In this document: one piece after another, positions 59,830-64,000 of the stretch
How the letters are laid out: each line of letters starts with the position of its first letter
How positions within the stretch are numbered: the first letter of the stretch is position 1
DNA from: Candidatus Bathyarchaeota archaeon
GTDB lineage: Archaea; Thermoproteota; Bathyarchaeia; 40CM-2-53-6; RBG-13-38-9
Direction of reading: 5' to 3'
Length of the DNA: 64,000 nt
NCBI GenBank assembly: GCA_963807605.1
Contig: CAWECG010000003.1
Span: 128,001 to 192,000, forward strand
Made by a program: the position numbers and the translations under genes
Notes under the pieces: generated by a model
Told to the model about the DNA's origin: nothing
The model's database searches: none
What the model saw: only the letters and a program-made list of their open reading frames with translations

Positions 59830-60804
59830 ATGCCTAGGATCTACGCAGAGTTAGGTCTGGTGAACACTAAGGAAATGTTCAGTAAAGCCTACGAAGGAGG
59901 CTACGCTATTCCAGGTTACAACTTCAATAACATGGAGCAACTGCAAGCCATCATAATTGGATGCGCAGAAACAAGCTCCCCAGGGATTCTTCAGGTGTCT
60001 AAAGGAGCTCGGACTTATACCAATCAGGCTCTACTGAGGTATATGGCGATAGGAGCCGTTAAGATGGTACGGGAAATGAATAGTCAAATTCCTATTGTTT
60101 TGCACCTAGATCACGGTGACACCTCTGAATTATGCAAGGCTTGCGTGAACAACGGTTTCTCATCTATAATGATAGACGGATCATTTTTGCCTTACGAAGA
60201 GAACGTTGCATTGACAAGGAAGGTTGTAGAATACGCGCATAACTTTGACGTGAGCGTTGAGGGCGAGCTTGGAGTTCTGGCAGGCATCGAAGAGGAAATC
60301 GGTTCCAAAGAAATCCATTACACCAAACCTGAAGAAGTCAGGGACTTCGTCGAGAGAACAGGGCTAGATAGCCTAGCAATCTCAATAGGAACCTCCCACG
60401 GAGCATACAAGTTCAAGTTGAAGCCTGGAGAACCTGCACCAACATTAAGGTTTGACATCTTAGATGAGGTAGCTAGAAGGTTACCGGGATTCCCAATAGT
60501 TCTACATGGAGCTTCCTCTATCCTCACGAAATATGTGGAGATCATAGATGACTTCGGAGGAAACTTGGAGGGTGCTGCCGGGATACCTGAGGATCAGCTC
60601 AGAAGGGCAGCTAGGTCTGCAGTTTGTAAAATAAACATTGACACCGACGGCCGATTGGTATTTACCGCCATGGTTAGAAAATATCTTGCGGAAAACCCTA
60701 AGGAGTTTGACCCAAGAAAATACTTGGGAGTAGCTCGGCAAGAACTTATCGAGGTCATAAAGCAGAAAAACATCAATGTGTTCGGTTCAGCATGGAAGGC
60801 ATGA
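59830..60804 (+). CDS. fba: Class II fructose-bisphosphate aldolase
   Basis: HLDHG, VEGELG, GTSHG, VLHGAS, KINIDT. Confidence 0.95.
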   Translation: MPRIYAELGLVNTKEMFSKAYEGGYAIPGYNFNNMEQLQAIIIGCAETSSPGILQVSKGARTYTNQALLRYMAIGAVKMVREMNSQIPIVLHLDHGDTSELCKACVNNGFSSIMIDGSFLPYEENVALTRKVVEYAHNFDVSVEGELGVLAGIEEEIGSKEIHYTKPEEVRDFVERTGLDSLAISIGTSHGAYKFKLKPGEPAPTLRFDILDEVARRLPGFPIVLHGASSILTKYVEIIDDFGGNLEGAAGIPEDQLRRAARSAVCKINIDTDGRLVFTAMVRKYLAENPKEFDPRKYLGVARQELIEVIKQKNINVFGSAWKA

Positions 60805-61850
60805 ATTTGAAGACTAATGCTGGCAAAGTCGGAATCTTGACAGGCGGAGGGGACTGCCCTGGCATGAACGCCGTTATAAGGGCCATAGTACGGAAAGGGA
60901 TACAAGACTACAACTATACAGTCATGGGCATTAGGAACGGGTGGAAGGGTCTACTCGACCAGGATTTCTGTGATTTAGACCCGAAATCAATTTCGGGAAT
61001 ACTGAATAAAGGCGGAACAATACTTGGGACATCAAGAACCAACCCCGGAAAGATCCCGAAAGGATACGAGAAAGCTCGCAAGAACCTGAACAAACTCAGT
61101 TTAACATCTCTCATAGCCATAGGGGGAGACGACACGCTAGGGGTAGCTTACAGGCTTTACGAGATGGGGTGCCCGATTGTAGGCGTCCCCAAGACCATCG
61201 ACAATGACCTATATGCCACCGACCTCACTTTTGGCTTCGACACTGCCATAAACGTCGTCATGGAAGCCCTAGACAGGCTCCACTCGACAGCTGAATCTCA
61301 TCACAGAGTCTTGGTAGTTGAAGTTATGGGCAGGAATACTGGCTGGATAGCAGTGTACGGCGGTATCGCGGGAGGAGCAGATGCAATACTAATTCCAGAG
61401 GACCCTTTCGACGTAGACGACGTCTGCTGTATTATAAGGAAGAGGCAATCTCGAGGAAAGAATTTCAGCATAGTCGTGGTTGCTGAAGGAGCCATTCCTA
61501 AACAGATAGGTAAAGCCGTCGCGGCAGATGAGATGGACGAATTCGGCCACGCCAGGTTTGGGGGGGTAGGAGGCTATTTGGCGAGAGAGATAGAGAAAAA
61601 AACAGGGCTTGAAACCAGAGCCACAATTCTAGGTCACATACAACGGGGTGGTGAACCGACGGCCTTTGACAGGGTTCTAGGGACAAGATTTGGGGTGGCG
61701 GCGATAGACCTTGTGGCTAAGAAGAAGTTCGGCTACATGGTAAGCTTAAAGGGTAATAGGATTGTGCCCGTGCCTCTGAAAAAAGCTGTTTCAAGACTTA
61801 AGACAGTTGACCGCGAGATATATGAAATATCAAAGATTTTCTTTGGATAA
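60801..61850 (+). CDS. pfkA: PfkA-family 6-phosphofructokinase (GGDD/PKTIDND signature)
   Basis: GGGDCPG, GGDDT, PKTIDND, MGR, GHIQRGG. Confidence 0.95.
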   Translation: MNLKTNAGKVGILTGGGDCPGMNAVIRAIVRKGIQDYNYTVMGIRNGWKGLLDQDFCDLDPKSISGILNKGGTILGTSRTNPGKIPKGYEKARKNLNKLSLTSLIAIGGDDTLGVAYRLYEMGCPIVGVPKTIDNDLYATDLTFGFDTAINVVMEALDRLHSTAESHHRVLVVEVMGRNTGWIAVYGGIAGGADAILIPEDPFDVDDVCCIIRKRQSRGKNFSIVVVAEGAIPKQIGKAVAADEMDEFGHARFGGVGGYLAREIEKKTGLETRATILGHIQRGGEPTAFDRVLGTRFGVAAIDLVAKKKFGYMVSLKGNRIVPVPLKKAVSRLKTVDREIYEISKIFFG

Positions 61851-62007
61851 ACTCCCTAAATGCGATAAACCATCTAAGATGGCAGTTCTTTCTAGTTTCA
61901 TTCCATGTTTTCCTACAATCAAACTAGTTGAAACATTTATACTATTGTGCTCTTCATGTGCTTTTTCTTAGTAGCAAACCCGAGTCGTTCATTTAGCAAG
62001 CGCGCGC

Positions 62008-62136
62008 TAAGAAAAGCAGAATTGAAAGCTGTTTGCGACCCAATGTATGGGACAGCTAGGGGATACTTGGATCTTATCTTGCGCAGTATCGGTTGTGAGG
62101 TCACGGTAATTCACGATGAGCTTGACCCTGACTTCG
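62008..62136 (+). pseudogene. Internal fragment of a phosphoglucomutase/phosphomannomutase
   Basis: LKAVCDPMYGTARGYL...IH...DPDF. Confidence 0.75.
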
Positions 62137-62276
62137 ATAGGCTACAGACACCAGATAAGAAGTAAGAGTGTAAATTTCTAATAGAAAAATTACCTATTTT
62201 CTGTATAATAGAAGAAAAAAGAAGAACCAATATCATCCGTAAAAAAGAAGTAAACCTAATAGAAGTTTGTAAACTA
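62137..62276 (+). repeat. AT-rich diverged repeat (partner of 35984-36118)
   Basis: Ends exactly at the CG run at 62277. Confidence 0.85.
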
Positions 62277-62315
62277 GCGCGCGCTCAGGAATGATAGAGT
62301 GTTGAACCAATGCGC

Positions 62316-62441
62316 TATCGCTGGATAATATCCAGTCAAACTCGTCCTTACCAAGCCTCAATAACGCACAAATATGTGCAATCAGGTTTGCATTTCTTAT
62401 TGGATTCACTTAACTTTCTAAGTGCATACGGGCGGGCCCAC
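62316..62441 (+). repeat. Repeat family A, copy 3, ending in tRNA-Val 3'-end sequence
   Basis: About 120 bp shared with 39205-39327; ends CGGGCGGGCCCAC, identical to 50241-50253. Confidence 0.85.
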
Positions 62442-62505
62442 TACGTTAATGTAGCTGGAAATGGGCTCACGCGCACATGCTATTACTCAACTAGCGCGAC
62501 CGGAG

Positions 62506-63279
62506 TCAATGAGTCTCGCGCACACTTCTGAGGAATAAGAATCTTGCGACCTCGAAGATTACGATAAACGGTATCAGCATTATCACAGAGCTTATTGGTG
62601 TGGGGTCGGGAGGGATAGGACTAATTGTGAGAATCAGTAGAAGTGCAAGATACATAGTCCTTCTTTTTCCAACATTGAATTCTGCCAGATATTTCGCCGG
62701 CAGGATTCCTGCTTGGGCGACAAGCATGACCATTACAGGCGCCGTATAGAAGAGCCCACACACCAGCATGAGCCCTATTATAACACTGTAGAAATCCTGT
62801 ATATTTATGAAAGGAGCCGCTCCACCAGATTTAATGAACCAGATCAGGACTCTGAACGTAAGCGGAAGGATCATAAAATATGCTAGGGCAACTCCGAAGG
62901 CGAAGGTCACAATAAATGCGGAAATGAATGTCTTGACATGTCGCTTTTCATGTGGATAAAGGGCGGGGCCGATAAAGGCGGCAAGTTCGTACCCAATGAT
63001 TGGAGATGAAACTATAATACCTATCAGAAATGACAGGTACATGTAGACCCAAATTGTATCAGTCAATCCCCCGGCAATAAGCGTAGCATCGCTGGGCAGA
63101 AGATCGCTCCTCATCCTCTGCATTATGACTGATATGACTGGCCTGTAGACGCCTGTGGGATCAAGAAACCCTCTTGGATCCACTGGCCAGAAGCCAATCA
63201 GCATCCCTGATACTACGATTGCAATTATTATTATCCTAAGTCGACTAAGAAGCTCATCCAGGTGGTCCCAGAAGTTCAT
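62506..63279 (-). CDS. tatC: Twin-arginine translocase TatC
   Basis: FWDHLDELLSRL, FIGPALYPHEK, PPDP. Confidence 0.92.
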   Translation of the reverse strand: MNFWDHLDELLSRLRIIIIAIVVSGMLIGFWPVDPRGFLDPTGVYRPVISVIMQRMRSDLLPSDATLIAGGLTDTIWVYMYLSFLIGIIVSSPIIGYELAAFIGPALYPHEKRHVKTFISAFIVTFAFGVALAYFMILPLTFRVLIWFIKSGGAAPFINIQDFYSVIIGLMLVCGLFYTAPVMVMLVAQAGILPAKYLAEFNVGKRRTMYLALLLILTISPIPPDPTPISSVIMLIPFIVIFEVARFLFLRSVRETH

Positions 63280-63345
63280 CCTTTTTTCTTCAACGGGAAG
63301 AATGTCTGGTCACGCTCTGCTGCACTGTTTGGCCTATGATAAGAC

Positions 63346-63834
63346 TTATCCTTGGGCTCTTCCGCATGCTGGGCAGAAGAATTCGCCTGCATCAATCTTG
63401 GCTCCACAGAATTTGCAGACAAACTGTTGCACTAACCGCTGCGGCGAACTGGCTGAAGATTGCAGCGTCTGAACTGATGACTGTAATGCTTGAATTGTTG
63501 ACTGAAGTGCATGAAAACTCTGTGCATCGACTTCTTGAGCAGCAACTCCACTGATAGCAATGATCAAGCCGATAATCGCTAGAATGCCCCCCCCAAACTT
63601 CATAATAATCACCGACAGACCTGTAGGCTGTCCAGGTGAAACGAAGGCCAGAATAGCAGTTGCCGCTCCACCTAGCCAGCTTGTTGGTTGTTCAGCCATG
63701 AAGATACTGAGCTGGTAAACAAAGAAGCCCAGTATCAATAGGGCTGAGCCTAATGCGATTTTAGCCCTCGTAATCTGTTCCCACCAAGTCCGGTTGCATA
63801 GTCTTTTTCTAATTCTTCTTTGAAGAGATCTCAA
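63346..63834 (-). CDS. 2-TM protein with coiled coil and C-terminal Zn ribbon (true start probably downstream)
   Basis: CKFCG...FCPACG. Confidence 0.7.
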   Translation of the reverse strand: MRSLQRRIRKRLCNRTWWEQITRAKIALGSALLILGFFVYQLSIFMAEQPTSWLGGAATAILAFVSPGQPTGLSVIIMKFGGGILAIIGLIIAISGVAAQEVDAQSFHALQSTIQALQSSVQTLQSSASSPQRLVQQFVCKFCGAKIDAGEFFCPACGRAQG

Positions 63835-64000
63835 CTATCTCTTTGGAGATCTGATCCATCGTCTTGCCTTCAGTCTGGATCCCAAGATTCTTGGCGGTTT
63901 GAATGAGTAGATCGCCTGACCTTGATTGTACTGTTGCAACTGGAGTTTGTGGCAGTGCTTGTGCAGGTGTTCCAGGTATCAGTCCGCCTACGCCTTCTGA
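63809..64000 (-). CDS. tatA: C-terminus of archaeal TatA (partial)
   Basis: LLIQTAKNLGIQTEGKTMDQISKEI; upstream of tatC. Confidence 0.75.
   Translation of the reverse strand, partial: SEGVGGLIPGTPAQALPQTPVATVQSRSGDLLIQTAKNLGIQTEGKTMDQISKEIVEISSKKN

Noticed and set aside
34251-62441. CRISPR array or integron attC array
   Set aside because: No regularly spaced identical repeats, cas genes, integron integrase or consistent attC box structure seen

Overview
Archaeal chromosomal window, most plausibly from the TACK/Bathyarchaeia. Evidence: EF-1beta, Cdc48, a BHB-intron tRNA-Val, a PEF-CTERM surface protein, NitrOD5-like and DUF5752-like genes, and many TTG/GTG starts. The lineage call is an inference. 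The first 26 kb is a phosphate/polyphosphate island: Pit+DUF47, PPK2, PPX, a CHAD-metallophosphoesterase-HD fusion, PPK1, CYTH, pstSCAB, two phoU genes and a phoU relic. It is preceded by the 3' end of an IS200/IS605 tnpB element. The 26.6-31.6 kb stretch is conserved core. The 31.6-62.4 kb stretch is a mosaic of 1-3 gene modules, many bacterial-like, plus gene fragments and mobile-element debris. The strongest unexplained signal is a highly iterated palindrome, (TA)GCGCGCGC(TA). I counted about 25 alternating CG runs of 8 nt or more, against roughly 1 expected. None falls between about 6 and 31.5 kb. They sit at module boundaries, at the exact ends of truncated genes and duplications, and form the insertion target of an IS5-like element. 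Together these suggest an undescribed motif-guided DNA capture/rearrangement system. All calls are by eye; no database searches were run.
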